54,569 nucleotides of DNA, from IMG/VR virus record IMGVR_UViG_3300025886_000032, positions 1 through 54,569 of that record, one strand, 5' to 3'. Below the pieces are notes generated by a model that did not search any database, was not told the origin of the DNA, and was given only the letters and a program-made list of their open reading frames with translations. Source of the DNA: a virus (lineage: Duplodnaviria; Caudoviricetes). The translations under genes and the position numbers were made by a program. Of the stretch, positions 24,652 through 35,315 are shown piece after piece (positions within the stretch are counted from its first letter, which is position 1; the number at the start of each line of letters is the position of its first letter).

Positions 24652-25368
24652 ATGAAGATTGGAATAGGGATACCAATCCCATGTTTATCTAATCTACCTG
24701 GAGCATCAAGACCCGGTAGTGGCGGAGGCGGGGGTGGTGCTTGGACAAATACAAAGAGTTTATCTTTAGATGGAAATAATAGTTATGCCTCTGTTGCTTT
24801 GGGCAGTGGTTGGGCAGGTGCTTTTAGTTTTACAGCTTGGGTCTATGTGCCTGATTTAGTAGGTTACAAATCAATCTATGTAGGAAGTCAAAATGTAAAT
24901 GGCTCACCATGGTTTACAATATACAACGGAATTATAAGGTATTTTACTGGCTCTGCATTCACTAGTTCGGTAAGCACAATAACTGCTAATAACTGGCATC
25001 TCGTTTCCGTAACTAGAGATACAAGTTTTAATTTAAAATTTTACATAGATGGAATTGATGCTGGTTTTTCTGGTGGTAGCACTTCAAATAATGTTCAATA
25101 TCCAGCCTCCACTGCGTACATTGGTGTTTGGGCTCTTAACTTAAACACCACATTCAAAGGACAGATGGACGAACTTGCTTTTTTTGATTATGAATTAGAT
25201 GGACCTCAAATGCTTGATGTTTACAACGGTGGCGTAGCTAAAGACGTCAGTGACTTAAGCCCTGTAAATTATTGGAGATTTGAAAACAACGGAAATGATT
25301 CAGGCTCAAGAAATAATCCCATAACTCTAGTTAACGGAGCTACATTTTCAACAAACATACCTGCCTAA
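24652..25368 (+). CDS. LamG / concanavalin A-like lectin domain protein
   Basis: SLSLDG, FSFTAWV, NNWHLV, YIDG, FKGQMDELAFFDYEL, YWRFE. Confidence 0.85.
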   Translation: MKIGIGIPIPCLSNLPGASRPGSGGGGGGAWTNTKSLSLDGNNSYASVALGSGWAGAFSFTAWVYVPDLVGYKSIYVGSQNVNGSPWFTIYNGIIRYFTGSAFTSSVSTITANNWHLVSVTRDTSFNLKFYIDGIDAGFSGGSTSNNVQYPASTAYIGVWALNLNTTFKGQMDELAFFDYELDGPQMLDVYNGGVAKDVSDLSPVNYWRFENNGNDSGSRNNPITLVNGATFSTNIPA

Positions 25369-25391
25369 TATAGGTTCCTTAATTAGTTAAC

Positions 25392-25565
25392 ATGCATAGC
25401 AATTTAATAAAAAACACTGTTTATACTTTTAGAAATGTTAATTCTAGATCTCCAATTCCACCTGGTCCAAGACCTATAAATAATAAAATAATTCAGGAGT
25501 CGGGACCAATACCTGTTTTTATATTGCTAGAAAATAGCTCCACTGAAACAATAATACAAGAATAA
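25392..25565 (+). CDS. small hypothetical protein (57 aa)
   Basis: Manual: MHSNLIKNTV...ILLENSSTETIIQE; TAATG-coupled to the collagen gene. Confidence 0.6.
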   Translation: MHSNLIKNTVYTFRNVNSRSPIPPGPRPINNKIIQESGPIPVFILLENSSTETIIQE

Positions 25566-26599
25566 TGGCTAATAAAAAAATATCACAATTTACATCTGAA
25601 ACTGATATAACTAAAATAGAAGGTTTGGCTGGTTATAATCTTACTGACAATGTTAAAATTAGTGGTTCGGAATTAATAACCTCTTTAATAGATAACGGAC
25701 TTGGCGGTATACCAGGACCTCCTGGAGAGCAAGGAGAACAAGGTATTCAAGGTGTTTCAGGAATTCAAGGTATTCAAGGTGAACAGGGAGAACAAGGTGT
25801 TCCAGGTGAACAGGGTGAAAGAGGTTTACAAGGTGTTCCAGGTGAACAAGGTGACGAAGGACAACCAGGTAGAGACGGTACAAATGGAGCTAATGGAGCT
25901 CAAGGCGAACCAGGCAGAGATGGTGTAAACGGTACTAATGGAGCCCCAGGTGCTCAAGGCGAGCGAGGCGAACAGGGCGAACAGGGCGAACAAGGCGAGC
26001 CAGGCAGAGATGGTACTAACGGAACGAACGGTGCTAATGGATCTCCAGGAGAACCCGGACCCGCAGGTAGAGACGGCACTAATGGAGCTCAAGGAATACA
26101 GGGTGAACCAGGAGCAAACGGAGCAAACGGAGCTGATGGTAGAGATGGTGCTGATGGAGCACCAGGTGAACAGGGAGAACAAGGTGAAAGAGGTATTCAA
26201 GGTCCAGCTGGGACTAATGGAACAGATGGTAGAGATGGTGCTCAGGGAATACAAGGGGAACCTGGAGCAAATGGTACCAATGGTACTAATGGTTCTCAAG
26301 GAGAGCAAGGTGAGCAAGGTGAGCAAGGTGAGCAAGGCCAACAAGGTATTCAAGGTATTCAAGGGCAACAAGGCGCAACAGGTTCACAAGGACCACAAGG
26401 GCCTCAAGGGCCAGCAGGTGCCCAGGGCAATTCATTTATTGTTACTTCGGATTGGGTTAATATTGAAGGGGAAATTACAGGTATGAATGTAAATACAAAA
26501 ACTGGTTGTGTAACTGTTACTACAAAATCAGGCTTTCAGTTTGCGTTATCTCCAGGAGAATGTCGACCTGAACCTAATCCAGATGACGAAGGTAAATAG
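25565..26599 (+). CDS. collagen-like fibre protein
   Basis: About 80 contiguous Gly-X-Y triplets; MANKKISQF fibre-type N-terminus. Confidence 0.9.
   Translation: MANKKISQFTSETDITKIEGLAGYNLTDNVKISGSELITSLIDNGLGGIPGPPGEQGEQGIQGVSGIQGIQGEQGEQGVPGEQGERGLQGVPGEQGDEGQPGRDGTNGANGAQGEPGRDGVNGTNGAPGAQGERGEQGEQGEQGEPGRDGTNGTNGANGSPGEPGPAGRDGTNGAQGIQGEPGANGANGADGRDGADGAPGEQGEQGERGIQGPAGTNGTDGRDGAQGIQGEPGANGTNGTNGSQGEQGEQGEQGEQGQQGIQGIQGQQGATGSQGPQGPQGPAGAQGNSFIVTSDWVNIEGEITGMNVNTKTGCVTVTTKSGFQFALSPGECRPEPNPDDEGK
25706..26426 (+). repeat. 9-bp-period collagen-coding repeats
   Basis: Recurrent GGTGAACAA / GGTACTAAT / GGTATTCAA units. Confidence 0.9.
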
Positions 26600-26600
26600 G

Positions 26601-26632
26601 GTTAATAAATTAATTATCAAGTGATAGTATAA
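26601..26632 (+). promoter_or_regulatory. class B promoter motif upstream of the packaging operon
   Basis: GTTAA taaattaattatcaa GTGATAGTATAA. Confidence 0.65.
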
Positions 26633-26656
26633 GTAATAACAATTAAATTTAATAAA

Positions 26657-26914
26657 ATGAAAATAAAAGAAGAACACTTAAAAACAATTCAAGAACAACA
26701 ATCGAAGTTAAACAACTTATTAAATCAAATAGGTTATGTTTCCGCACAAAAACATTCTCTACTTCATGATTTCTCTAAAGTGAATCAAGAAACTGAAGAT
26801 TTTAAATCTATATTAGAAGAAGAATATGGCCAAATAAATATAGATGTAACTACAGGAGAATATACTGTAGTTGAAAAAGAATCAAAACTAGAAGTAGTTA
26901 AGGAGGATAAATAA
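26657..26914 (+). CDS. hypothetical coiled-coil protein
   Basis: LEEEYGQINIDVTTGEY motif. Confidence 0.75.
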   Translation: MKIKEEHLKTIQEQQSKLNNLLNQIGYVSAQKHSLLHDFSKVNQETEDFKSILEEEYGQINIDVTTGEYTVVEKESKLEVVKEDK

Positions 26915-27147
26915 TGTCTAATATTATAAGAAAAATTAGTATAGGATCTGATTACAAAAATGATGCCATGCATTACTCGGTAGGTCAAGAAGTGTATGGT
27001 GGTCATGTTATATGTGATATACTAAATAATGAAAATAAAGGTGAATATTCTATCTATATTAAAAAAGAAGGAGAAGTTTTACCTTGGAAAAGATTTAATT
27101 CTAATATGGCAATAGCTGTAGAATATAATTTACACTATAGTGAATAG
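26914..27147 (+). CDS. hypothetical protein
   Basis: IRKISIG.DYKNDAMHYSVGQEVYGGH. Confidence 0.8.
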   Translation: MSNIIRKISIGSDYKNDAMHYSVGQEVYGGHVICDILNNENKGEYSIYIKKEGEVLPWKRFNSNMAIAVEYNLHYSE

Positions 27148-27844
27148 TATATATGACTATATAGTAAAACCAATAGGCGAAAGATATAACAATACTAAAA
27201 AGGTTGGTAATAAAAATTTAATTTTAAATACTAAAATAGAAACTTTTAAAATTATCAATAAAAAAGCTATTGTAGTTTCCACACCATCTGGATATGAATT
27301 ACCTATAAAAAAAGGTGATATTGTTTACATACATCACAATGTATTTAGAAAGTATTATAATATGAAAGGTAAACAGCAAAATAGTAGATCTTATTTTAAA
27401 GATGATATGTATTTTTGCTCACCAGATCAAATATACTTATACGAGAGAGACAAAGAAAAATACTCTTTTATGGATAGGTGTTTTATCAAGCCATTAGTTT
27501 CTAATAAAATTGGTGAAAAGACTATTAAGAACATGGGTTTACTTAGGTATAGTAATAAAATATTAAGTAATCTAGGTGTAAATGAAAACGATATAGTTAG
27601 TTTCCCTAATAAAAGAGAGTGGGAGTTTGTTATAGATGGTGAGTTATTATATTGTATGAAATCTAAAGATATATTATTAAAACATGAACGTCAAGGAAAC
27701 GAAGAAGAATATAATTCAAGCAGCACAACTTGCTGTCAAGGAACTGATAAAAGTTGCAAAAGAACCAATAGTAGACACAGGGGAAGATGTGACTGCGGAT
27801 CGTTTGAAAAATGCCGCTGCAACAAAGAAGTTAGCTATATTTGA
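27140..27844 (+). CDS. GroES-fold-like protein (two tandem GroES-like halves)
   Basis: YIVKP...AIVVSTP...IKKGDIVYIHH and CFIKPL...GVNENDIVSF...F.IDGELLYCM. Confidence 0.5.
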   Translation: MNSIYDYIVKPIGERYNNTKKVGNKNLILNTKIETFKIINKKAIVVSTPSGYELPIKKGDIVYIHHNVFRKYYNMKGKQQNSRSYFKDDMYFCSPDQIYLYERDKEKYSFMDRCFIKPLVSNKIGEKTIKNMGLLRYSNKILSNLGVNENDIVSFPNKREWEFVIDGELLYCMKSKDILLKHERQGNEEEYNSSSTTCCQGTDKSCKRTNSRHRGRCDCGSFEKCRCNKEVSYI

Positions 27845-27959
27845 TGCATTTGAAATATTAACAAGAATTCAAGAGGAAGAAGATAAACTAAGTGTAAAAC
27901 CAAAAGAAGATAAAGAAGAAAGAAGTTTTAGAGGTTTTGCAGAAGGGCGTAGCAAATGA
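27684..27959 (+). CDS. probable terminase small subunit
   Basis: Small helical ORF (RLKNAAATKKLAIFDAFEIL) ATGA-coupled to terL. Confidence 0.55.
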   Translation: MNVKETKKNIIQAAQLAVKELIKVAKEPIVDTGEDVTADRLKNAAATKKLAIFDAFEILTRIQEEEDKLSVKPKEDKEERSFRGFAEGRSK

Positions 27960-30178
27960 CTTATGTTCAATCACTGTGGAAAAAAGTTGACAACGTTGTT
28001 AATGATAAGATATTTTCTAAAAATAATAGATTAAAAAAATGGAAGTATGGTTACAACTCTGATTATGATTTTATAGTAATAAGTAAAACTGGAAAAATTG
28101 GACAAATCATTGAAATACAAAATCTCAGGATTGCTTTACCAGCAGCAGATAAACCGTTTAAACGAAGCGAAAGCAAAACGGAACAATACTGGGAAAGAAA
28201 AGAATACCCGAAAGAATTAAGTAGAATAAAAAGCAGATTTGACTGGGAAGAATACCCAACTGAATTTAAAGAAAAGTGGTACGATTACATAGATGAAGAG
28301 TTTAAAAGAAGAGAACAAGGTTACTGGTTTTATAATAACAATATTCCTACTTATATTACTGGTACTCATTACATGTACTTACAATGGTCAAAGATTGACG
28401 TTGGTGCAGCAGACTACAGGGAAGCAAATAGATTGTTCTTTATATTTTGGGAAGCATGTAAAGCAGATAACAGGTGTTACGGGATGTGCTACCTTAAAAA
28501 CAGACGATCTGGGTTTTCGTTTATGTCATCATCAGAACTTGTTAACCAAGCAACAATATCTTCAGATGCTAGGTTCGGTATACTTTCAAAAACTGGATCA
28601 GACGCAAAAAAAATGTTTACAGATAAAGTTGTACCAATATCCGTTAATTATCCATTTTTCTTCAAGCCAATTCAAGACGGTATGGATCGGCCGAAGACTG
28701 AGTTGGCATATAGGGTTCCAGCTTCAAAGCTTACTAGACGTAAACTAGATGATAATGTAAAGCTAAAAGAGTTAAGAGGTTTAGATACAACTATTGACTG
28801 GAAAAACACAGGTGACAACTCTTACGATGGTGAAAAGCTAAAGCTATTAGCTCATGATGAAAGTGGTAAATGGGAGAGACCTGATAACATATTAAATAAC
28901 TGGAGGGTTACAAAAACTACATTAAGACTAGGTCGTAGGATCGTAGGTAAATGTATGATGGGTTCAACTTCAAATGCTTTAGAAAAAGGTGGAAACAACT
29001 TTAAGAAATTATACGACAGTTCAGACGTTACAAGAAGAAATAAAAACGGACAAACAGCTTCTGGACTGTATTCTTTATTCATCCCTATGGAGTGGAACTA
29101 CGAAGGATTCATGGATACTTTTGGATCACCTGTATTCGTTACGCCAAAAAATAAAACATTCGGAGTTGATGGTATTGAAGTTGAAACAGGAGTTATCGAG
29201 CACTGGGAAAACGAAGTTGACGGGTTAAAAGACGATCCTGACAGTTTAAATGAATATTACAGGCAATTTCCAAGAACTGAAAAACACGCTTTCAGAGACG
29301 AAATTAAATCTTCATTATTTAATCTAACTAAAATATACGAACAAATAGATTTTAATGAAGAATTAAATAATACAGTACAAACGACTGTTGGTAATTTTCA
29401 ATGGTTAAAAGGTGTTAAGGATACTAGTGTTGTTTTTTTACCTTCTAAAAATGGTAGATTTAATGTTAGTTGGGTTCCTCCATTAGATTTACAAAATAAC
29501 GTAATAAATAAAAATGGAGTTAAATACCCAGGTAACGAACACATTGGAGCATTTGGTTGTGATTCTTATGATATTAGCGGTACTGTTGACGGTCGCGGTT
29601 CTAAAGGAGCGTTACATGGACTAACTAAATTCTCTTTAGAAGATGCTCCACCAAATCACTTTTTTTTAGAATATATAGCTAGACCACAAACAGCTGAAAT
29701 ATTTTTTGAAGATGTTCTTATGGCTTTAGTTTTTTATGGTATGCCTATACTAGCTGAAAATAACAAACCAAGGTTGTTGTACTATTTAAAAAGAAGAGGC
29801 TATAGGCAGTTTAGTATTAACAGACCAGATAAAGTTTGGAATAAACTTTCTATAGCGGAAAAAGAAATAGGTGGTATACCAAACTCAAGTGAAGACATTA
29901 AACAAGTTCATGCTGCAGCTATTGAGGCTTATATAGAAGACTTTGTAGGTCTACGTGAGTCTGGTTATGGAGACATGTATCATCAACGCACTTTAGAAGA
30001 TTGGTCTCAATTCGATATAAATAAAAGAACTAAACATGATGCTTCTATTAGCTCTGGTTTAGCAATAATGGCTTGTAATAAAAATAAATACAAACCAAAC
30101 TTGAAAAGACAAGTTAAGAGCATGGATTTAGGTTTTAAAAGATATGACAACGACGGAGTAACTTCACAAATAATATAA
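27956..30178 (+). CDS. terL: terminase large subunit
   Basis: Walker A-like LKNRRSGFS, Walker B LLAHDESGK, motif III GSTS, RNase H GCDSYD, AENN, HD. Confidence 0.9.
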   Translation: MTYVQSLWKKVDNVVNDKIFSKNNRLKKWKYGYNSDYDFIVISKTGKIGQIIEIQNLRIALPAADKPFKRSESKTEQYWERKEYPKELSRIKSRFDWEEYPTEFKEKWYDYIDEEFKRREQGYWFYNNNIPTYITGTHYMYLQWSKIDVGAADYREANRLFFIFWEACKADNRCYGMCYLKNRRSGFSFMSSSELVNQATISSDARFGILSKTGSDAKKMFTDKVVPISVNYPFFFKPIQDGMDRPKTELAYRVPASKLTRRKLDDNVKLKELRGLDTTIDWKNTGDNSYDGEKLKLLAHDESGKWERPDNILNNWRVTKTTLRLGRRIVGKCMMGSTSNALEKGGNNFKKLYDSSDVTRRNKNGQTASGLYSLFIPMEWNYEGFMDTFGSPVFVTPKNKTFGVDGIEVETGVIEHWENEVDGLKDDPDSLNEYYRQFPRTEKHAFRDEIKSSLFNLTKIYEQIDFNEELNNTVQTTVGNFQWLKGVKDTSVVFLPSKNGRFNVSWVPPLDLQNNVINKNGVKYPGNEHIGAFGCDSYDISGTVDGRGSKGALHGLTKFSLEDAPPNHFFLEYIARPQTAEIFFEDVLMALVFYGMPILAENNKPRLLYYLKRRGYRQFSINRPDKVWNKLSIAEKEIGGIPNSSEDIKQVHAAAIEAYIEDFVGLRESGYGDMYHQRTLEDWSQFDINKRTKHDASISSGLAIMACNKNKYKPNLKRQVKSMDLGFKRYDNDGVTSQII

Positions 30179-30181
30179 TAA

Positions 30182-32590
30182 ATGATTTACACTAATACAC
30201 AAAGTTCCTTTCCTGATCAGGTAGTTCCACAAGAAGAGAAAATGACACTTGACTATGGTTTGCAAGTAGGTAGAGCCATTGAAGACGAGTGGTGGGCTGC
30301 TGGGGTTGGCGGAGCTAGATACACAAATAATTATAACGTATTTCATAGAAGAAGATTATATGCAAGAGCAGAACAATCTATACAGAAGTACAAAGATGAA
30401 ATGGCTATTGATGGTGATTTATCTTACTTAAACCTAGATTGGACACCTGTGGCTATTATACCTAAGTTTGTAGATATAGTTGTTAATGGTATGTCAGAAA
30501 AAATATATGACATAAAAGCTTATGCTCAGGATCCAGCTTCTCAAAGAAAAAGAACTGCCTATGCTGAAAAATTGCATAAAAATATAGTTACTAGAGACTT
30601 TATAGAAGAGGTTAAAGCTCAAATGGGAGTTGACATATCTGAAGTAAAAGATATGAGTAACCCTCCAGAAAACGAAGAAGAACTTGAAATACATTTACAG
30701 TTAGACTATAAGCAGTCTGTAGAAATAGCTGAAGAAGAAGTTATTAATAATACTTTAGATAGAAATAAATACGAACTAACTAAACGTAGGCTTTATAGAG
30801 ATTTAGTTGAACTTGGTATTGGTGCTGTTAAAACAACCTGGAATAAATCAGAAGGTGTTGTTGTTGATTATGTTGACCCAGTTAACCTTGTTTATTCATA
30901 CACTGATGATCCTAATTTTGAAGATATATACTACGTAGGTGAAGTAAAAAATATTTCATTACCAGAACTTAAGAAGCAGTTTCCAGACATAACAGATGAA
31001 GAGTTAGAGAACATTCAAAAAATGCCTGGTAATACTAACTACAGAAGATCTTACAGAGGTAATAGAGATAGCGACACGATACAGGTTTTATATTTTGAAT
31101 ACAAAACTTATAGTGATCAGGTTTTTAAAATAAAGAAAACAGCTAATGGACTAGAAAAAGCTTTAGAAAAGCCAGATTCTTTCGCTCCGCCACCAAACGA
31201 TGGTTTTGAGAGAGTAAGTAGATCTATAGAGGTTCTTTACCATGGTGCAAAAATATTAGGGCATCCAATAATGCTGGATTGGAAGGTTGCAGAAAATATG
31301 ACTAGACCTAATTCAAACCTTTGTAAAGTAAATATGAATTATACTTTGTGTGCTCCTTCAATGTACAAGGGTAGAATTACTTCTTTAGTTGAACGTATGA
31401 TAACTTTTGGTGACATGATACAATTAACATCACTTAAGTTACAACAAGTTTTAGCTAGGATGGTTCCTGATGGTGTTTACTTAGATGTTGATGGCTTAGC
31501 AGAGGTTGATTTAGGTAATGGAACTAGCTATAATCCTCGTGAAGCTTTAAACATGTACTTCCAAACTGGTAGTATTGTAGGTAGATCGATGACGCAGGAT
31601 GGTGACATGAACCCTGGTAGAGTACCAATACAAGAGTTACAAACGTCAGCTCATCAAGCTAAAATACAAAGTTTAATACAAACTTATCAATATTACTTAC
31701 AAATGATAAGGGATGTGACGGGTCTTAATGAAGCTAGAGATGGGAGTAATCCAGATAAAGATGCTTTATTAGGTTTACAAAAACTAGCTGTTGCTCAATC
31801 AAATGTTGCAACTAGACACATACTAGATGCAGGTTTATATGTTACATTAAAAACTTGTGAAAACGTAGCTTTAAGAGTTGCAGATTCTTTAGAGTTTGAA
31901 TTAACTAACGAATCATTAGTTAATAGTATAAGTTTGTATAATGTTGCTACTTTAGAAGAAATAAAAGACTTACATCTTTATGATTTTGGTATTTATTTAG
32001 ATTTAGAACCAGACGAAGAAGATAAACAAATATTAGAGCAAAACATTGAAATAGCCTTAAAGGGTAATCAAATAAACCTTGAAGATGCTATTGATATAAG
32101 AAATATACACAATCTTAGACTAGCTAACCAGTTGTTAAAACTTAAAAGAAGACAAAAAGCTAAACAAGATCAAGAAGCTCAACAAAGGATGATACAGTCT
32201 CAAGCACAAGCTAATGCTGAATCAGCTGAGAAAGCAGCTATGTATGAAGTACAAAAAAGAGAGGCTATAGCACAAACAGAACTTCAATTAGAAAAAGGAA
32301 AATCTGATTTTAAAATTCAACAAATGAGTGCTGAGCTGCAGAATCAATTAACAATAGCTCAACAGAAGTTTGAATTTGACAAACAATTAGCTCAAATAAA
32401 TATACAAAAAGATGTTAATAGAGAGCAGATGATTGAAGATCGTAAAGATCAAAGATCTAAAATGGAAGCTACTCAACAAAGCTCAATGATACAGCAGAGA
32501 CAAGATGGTTTATTACCAACTGACTTTGCTACTCAAAACCAAGGACCACCGTTAACAGAAGAACTAGGAGGTCAAGTTCCGAAAATGTAA
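30182..32590 (+). CDS. portal protein
   Basis: 802 aa after terL; IIPKFVDIVVNG, IRDVTGLNEARDG, Q-rich C-terminal barrel helix. Confidence 0.85.
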   Translation: MIYTNTQSSFPDQVVPQEEKMTLDYGLQVGRAIEDEWWAAGVGGARYTNNYNVFHRRRLYARAEQSIQKYKDEMAIDGDLSYLNLDWTPVAIIPKFVDIVVNGMSEKIYDIKAYAQDPASQRKRTAYAEKLHKNIVTRDFIEEVKAQMGVDISEVKDMSNPPENEEELEIHLQLDYKQSVEIAEEEVINNTLDRNKYELTKRRLYRDLVELGIGAVKTTWNKSEGVVVDYVDPVNLVYSYTDDPNFEDIYYVGEVKNISLPELKKQFPDITDEELENIQKMPGNTNYRRSYRGNRDSDTIQVLYFEYKTYSDQVFKIKKTANGLEKALEKPDSFAPPPNDGFERVSRSIEVLYHGAKILGHPIMLDWKVAENMTRPNSNLCKVNMNYTLCAPSMYKGRITSLVERMITFGDMIQLTSLKLQQVLARMVPDGVYLDVDGLAEVDLGNGTSYNPREALNMYFQTGSIVGRSMTQDGDMNPGRVPIQELQTSAHQAKIQSLIQTYQYYLQMIRDVTGLNEARDGSNPDKDALLGLQKLAVAQSNVATRHILDAGLYVTLKTCENVALRVADSLEFELTNESLVNSISLYNVATLEEIKDLHLYDFGIYLDLEPDEEDKQILEQNIEIALKGNQINLEDAIDIRNIHNLRLANQLLKLKRRQKAKQDQEAQQRMIQSQAQANAESAEKAAMYEVQKREAIAQTELQLEKGKSDFKIQQMSAELQNQLTIAQQKFEFDKQLAQINIQKDVNREQMIEDRKDQRSKMEATQQSSMIQQRQDGLLPTDFATQNQGPPLTEELGGQVPKM

Positions 32591-32628
32591 TAAACAACAA
32601 TAACACAATAATTATATAATATCATATC

Positions 32629-33780
32629 ATGGAAAATAACAAAGTAGAAAACACACCTCAAGAAGGTGAGTTTAAAATGAAAAAGAAAAAAGGTAGACCT
32701 AGAAAACTAGCAAACAACTCAAAAGCTGCAGCTAGAATAGATCTAAATAAGAAAGAAACAAAAACTGAAGAAGATGCCGTTCAAACACAAGAAACAAGCA
32801 ATAGCGATGTTATTGTCGAAGAAAAGAAAAACGAGGCAAGTGGCGAAAAAGTGGTTGAAGAAATACGGAATGCCGAAGAGCTAGTTGAGGAAAATACAAA
32901 ACCTGTAATAGAGGAAATATCAAACGAAGAAGATATTAAAGAACCTCAGGTAGCTGTTGAAGAGAAACAAGAATTACCAGAAGGTGTTAATAAACTAGTT
33001 CAGTTTATGGAAGAAACAGGCGGTAACATGCAGGATTATATTAGATTAAATGCTGATTATAATAATGTTGATGATGATGCTCTGTTAAAAGAATATTATA
33101 AAAATACTAAACCACACTTAGAACCTGATGAAATTGACTTTATAATGGAAGAGAATTTTAAGGTGGAAGAAGATTACGACGAAGAGCGAGATATACGTCG
33201 TAAAAAACTCGCAAAAAAGGAAGAGGTTGCAAAAGCAAAAACGTTTTTAGATAGTTTAAAAGATAAGTATTACGAAGAAATCAAGTTGAGGCCTACAGTA
33301 AACAATGAACTTACAAAAGCGAGAGAGTTTTTCAATAAATTTTCCAAAGACAAAGAGGTAGCGCAAAAGCGACATGAGATGTTTAAAGACGATACTAAGA
33401 CTTATTTCTCTGATTTCAAAGGTTTTGAATTCAGTTTAGGAGAAAAAAAGTTTAGATATGGTATTAATAATCCAGAAGATGTTGCTAATGCTCAATCTGA
33501 CATTTCAAATGTAGTTAAGAAGTTCTTAAATGATAAAGGAGAGGTTGTCGATGTTAAAGGCTATCACAAAGCTATTTACACTGCAAGAAACGCTGATAAT
33601 ATAGCACAACATTTTTATGAGCAAGGCAAGGCCGATGCTGTTAAAGATGTAGTTGCTAAATCTAAAAATATAAACAAAGATGCGCGACAAAGTGCACCTG
33701 AAGATGTTCATATAAAAGGGTTTAAATTAAAAGCGGTAAACGGTGTTAATACTAGTAAACTTAAAATAAAAAAACGATAA
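32629..33780 (+). CDS. capsid scaffolding protein (probable)
   Basis: Acidic disordered N-half, helical C-half; lies between portal and capsid. Confidence 0.65.
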   Translation: MENNKVENTPQEGEFKMKKKKGRPRKLANNSKAAARIDLNKKETKTEEDAVQTQETSNSDVIVEEKKNEASGEKVVEEIRNAEELVEENTKPVIEEISNEEDIKEPQVAVEEKQELPEGVNKLVQFMEETGGNMQDYIRLNADYNNVDDDALLKEYYKNTKPHLEPDEIDFIMEENFKVEEDYDEERDIRRKKLAKKEEVAKAKTFLDSLKDKYYEEIKLRPTVNNELTKAREFFNKFSKDKEVAQKRHEMFKDDTKTYFSDFKGFEFSLGEKKFRYGINNPEDVANAQSDISNVVKKFLNDKGEVVDVKGYHKAIYTARNADNIAQHFYEQGKADAVKDVVAKSKNINKDARQSAPEDVHIKGFKLKAVNGVNTSKLKIKKR

Positions 33781-33802
33781 ATAAAACTTAAAATAATAAA
33801 TT

Positions 33803-35242
33803 ATGGCGGGATTCACAAGCGTAGGTCCAGGTTTAACACCTACTCAAGATCAGTCAGTTCTCTCTACAAACTACTTACAGTGGAATGATAAAGATGGAGA
33901 TAACTTTGCTGATTTTGCACAACAGTATTTACCTGAATTATACGAACAAGAAGTAGAGAGATTTGGTAACAGAACGTTATCAGGCTTCTTAAGAATGGTT
34001 GGCGCTGAGATGCCAATGACATCAGATCAAGTAATTTGGTCTGAACAAAATAGATTACACTTAGGTTACGATACAGTGTCACGTAATGGTGAGACATTCA
34101 CCGTGACTCTAGGAGGTGATAATGAGCTAGTAATTAGAAAAAATCAAACTTTTGTAGTTTATGACCCAGCAAATGAGAAAACCTTAAAAGGTTTAGTTAC
34201 TGATGCTCCTAATCCAGGTAATGCAAATACACTAACTTTTGATGGAGCTTGCTATACTGCTGCAGACTTTAATGCTTTAGGAACAACAGGTCTTAAAGTA
34301 TTTGTTTATGGTTCTGATTTTGCTAAAGGATCACTTGGTATGGAAGGTTCTGTAACTCCAGTATTAACTCAATTTAGTAACAGACCTATTATCATTAAAG
34401 ATAAGTATTTAGTAAATGGTTCTGATACTGCTCAAATTGGTTGGGTTGAAGTTGCTACTGAAGACGGAACATCTGGGTTTTTATGGTATATGAAAGCTGA
34501 ATCAGAAACTAGATTAAGATATGAAGATTATCTTGAAATGGCGATGGTTGAAGGTGAACTTGCCGCTGCTGGTTCTGGTGTTGCTGGTTTAGCCGCAGCA
34601 ACTGAGGCTGGTAAAGGTACACAAGGTTTATTCTCTGCTATAGAAGAAAGAGGTAATGTATATGAAGGTTTTGCTGGCGCTCCAGCCCCTGGAACAGGTG
34701 CATTAACAGATTTTGATGCTATACTACAAGAATTAGACTTACAAGGTGCTATTGAAGAAAACATGTTATTCTTAGATAGAGCTACTGCTCTTGATTTTGA
34801 TGATATGATCGCTGCTATGGCTGGTGGAAGTTTTGCTTCTACTCAAGCTGCTTCTTTCGGTTTATTCGATAACGAAGCTGAAATGGCTCTTAACTTTGGT
34901 TTTTCAGGTTTTAGAAGAGGTTCTTATGACTTCTATAAAACTGATTGGAAATACTTAAATGATGCTTCTACTAGAGGTATGGTTGACAACATCAAAGGTG
35001 TGTTGATACCAGCTGGAACATCTACTGTATATGATCAAATGTTAGGATCAAATATCAGACGTCCTTTCTTACATGTAAGATATAGAGCTTCTGAAACTGA
35101 TGATCGTAGAATGAAGTCATGGATTACTGGTTCTGTTGGTGGTGCTTATACATCATCTTTAGATGCTATGGAAGTTCATTACTTATCTGAGAGATGTTTA
35201 TGTGTTCAAGCTGCTAATAACTTCGTATTATTTACAGCATAG
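33803..35242 (+). CDS. major capsid protein
   Basis: 479 aa after scaffold; QQYLPELYEQEVERFGNR, WSEQNRLH, strong codon bias, downstream hairpin. Confidence 0.85.
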   Translation: MAGFTSVGPGLTPTQDQSVLSTNYLQWNDKDGDNFADFAQQYLPELYEQEVERFGNRTLSGFLRMVGAEMPMTSDQVIWSEQNRLHLGYDTVSRNGETFTVTLGGDNELVIRKNQTFVVYDPANEKTLKGLVTDAPNPGNANTLTFDGACYTAADFNALGTTGLKVFVYGSDFAKGSLGMEGSVTPVLTQFSNRPIIIKDKYLVNGSDTAQIGWVEVATEDGTSGFLWYMKAESETRLRYEDYLEMAMVEGELAAAGSGVAGLAAATEAGKGTQGLFSAIEERGNVYEGFAGAPAPGTGALTDFDAILQELDLQGAIEENMLFLDRATALDFDDMIAAMAGGSFASTQAASFGLFDNEAEMALNFGFSGFRRGSYDFYKTDWKYLNDASTRGMVDNIKGVLIPAGTSTVYDQMLGSNIRRPFLHVRYRASETDDRRMKSWITGSVGGAYTSSLDAMEVHYLSERCLCVQAANNFVLFTA

Positions 35243-35262
35243 TATACAATTATTAAATAAAT

Positions 35263-35290
35263 GTGGAGGGTTAACGCTCTCCACTTTGTT
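35263..35290 (+). terminator. intrinsic terminator-like hairpin after the capsid gene
   Basis: GTGGAGGG-ttaacg-CTCTCCAC then TTTGTT. Confidence 0.6.
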
Positions 35291-35315
35291 AACACTTAAA
35301 AAAAAAAATAAGAAA

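Noticed and set aside
25659-26486. Long alternative-frame and antisense ORFs over the collagen gene
   Set aside because: Shadow ORFs produced by the 9-bp repeat periodicity.
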